A stretch of DNA of 64,000 bases, from the NCBI RefSeq assembly GCF_006345805.1, contig NC_043001.1, positions 26,784,001 to 26,848,000 of the forward strand, given 5' to 3'. The position numbers and the translations under genes are program-made. Below are positions 62,800 to 64,000 of the stretch, one piece after another. A model generated the notes under the pieces. That model saw nothing but the letters and a program-made list of their open reading frames with translations. It did no database searches and was not told where the DNA came from. The stretch comes from Octopus sinensis (lineage: Eukaryota). Numbering within the stretch: the stretch's first letter is position 1; every line of letters starts with the position of its first letter.

Positions 62800-63277
62800 A
62801 GCTGCAAACAGATACTTGCAGGCAGAATAGGAGCAGGGAGAAAATTTCAAAGGGGTACTTCAGGTAGACGGCTCTGCTCGATCTATAGAAAAGGTGTAGG
62901 TAGAAACTCTATAAGATGTATCCAGTGTAAGCTGTGGACACATAAGAGGTGCAGCAATGTCAAAGGAAGGCTAACTAGGAAGATAGTTTTTGTATGAGGC
63001 AGATGCTCAGGAGCAATAAACACTGAAAATGTGCAGAGAACAACTTACGCCACATTCCAGGGAGAAAAACTAGAAGTAGTTGATAGCTTCCGTTACCTAG
63101 GTGACCAAGTCAGTAGCAGGGGAGGGTGCGCTGAAAGTGTAGCTGCTAGAATAAGAATAGCCTGGGCAAAGTTCAGAGAGCTCTTACCTCTCCTGGTGAC
63201 AAAAGGCCTCTTACTCAGAGTAAAAGGCAAACTGTATGATGCATGTGTACAAACAGCCATGCTACATGGCAGTGAAA
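62800..63277 (+). pseudogene. RTE LINE fragment
   Basis: CSIYRKGVGRNSIRCIQCKLWTHKRCS; EKLEVVDSFRYLGD; ARIRIAWAKFRELLPLL; YDACVQTAMLHGSET. Confidence 0.88.
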
Positions 63278-64000
63278 CTGCAGAACCCCGGCGATATTGC
63301 ACACCTGCAGCAGGAGTTGGACTCAATTTACAGATACGCTGAGGATAATAATATGCAGCTTAATGCTGAAAAATTCCAAGCCCTGTGCTACCAGCATCCA
63401 AAACTGAATATAAAATTTACTGGGTACACTGGTCCACAGAGGATTACTATCCCAGAGTGAGGGACTAAATCAGTGAGGGACTTGGGTATCAATCTGTGTT
63501 ATGATACTTCTTTCCAAGTGCACATTACCAGGATGGCAACAAAGTGTAGACAACTGGCTGGATGGATCCTGAGAACGTTCAGAACCAGAGAAAAAGAAAC
63601 TATGATGGTCCTCTGGAAAATATTTGTCCTAAGCTGCCTGGATTACTGCTCCCAGCTATGGTCACCTAACAGTGTAAAATTAACAGCAGACCTTGAAGCA
63701 ATCCAGCAAAGCTTTACAAAGAAGATCGTCTCTTTGCAACAGCTCAACTACCGGGAAAGGCTAAAACAGCTAAGACCCTACTCTCAGGAGTGAAGGCAGG
63801 AGAGGTATGCAGTAATATACATCTGGAAGATCCTGGAAGGAATTGTGCCAAATTTTGGCATTGAAAGCTACACCAATGCCAGAATGGGTCGACACTGCAC
63901 AGTGCCAAAGATCCCAGCAGTGCCATCGTACTTCAGGACCAGTTATTGTAACAGCCTGGGTTTCAGGGGCCCACAGCTTTTTAATATTATTCCAAAGAGC
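63278..64000 (+). pseudogene. CR1/Jockey-group LINE ORF2 3' portion (runs off the window)
   Basis: LQQELDSIYRYAEDNNMQLNAEKFQ; VRDLG; LDYCSQLWSP; LEAIQQSFTKKI; contains stops. Confidence 0.9.

Overview
Eukaryotic (animal) AT-rich DNA made almost entirely of transposon relics and microsatellites. The interspersed repeats resemble families I recall from Octopus (coleoid cephalopod) genomes; this is inference, not a database result. No intact protein-coding gene, rRNA, true tRNA or CRISPR array is supportable, and most entries in the ORF track are microsatellite or antisense artefacts. Recognisable relics: several tRNA-derived SINE families (some with clean TSDs); LINE fragments (CR1/Jockey-group, RTE, R4/Dong-like, L1/Tx1); an ORF1-only retroposon with a 17-bp TSD; Helitrons; Tc1/mariner, Chapaev-type, piggyBac-, hAT- and Tc2/pogo-type DNA elements; and Penelope-like (PLE) remnants. 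The main signal not explained by the ORF track is a set of type I hammerhead-ribozyme (HHR) folds (CUGANGA...GAAA, often with a palindromic stem III). They occur in at least five unrelated sequence contexts, repeatedly in head-to-head or foldback architectures: (i) a ~270-bp hairpin element with one HHR per strand (2 copies); (ii) a tRNA-head + (AAT)n + HHR cassette duplicated head-to-head; (iii) AT-rich foldback elements carrying or abutting an HHR. There is also a 4.3-kb imperfect palindrome made of two head-to-head composite Helitrons, plus several long near-perfect hairpins. All alignments and folds were done by eye; coordinates of degraded relics are approximate.
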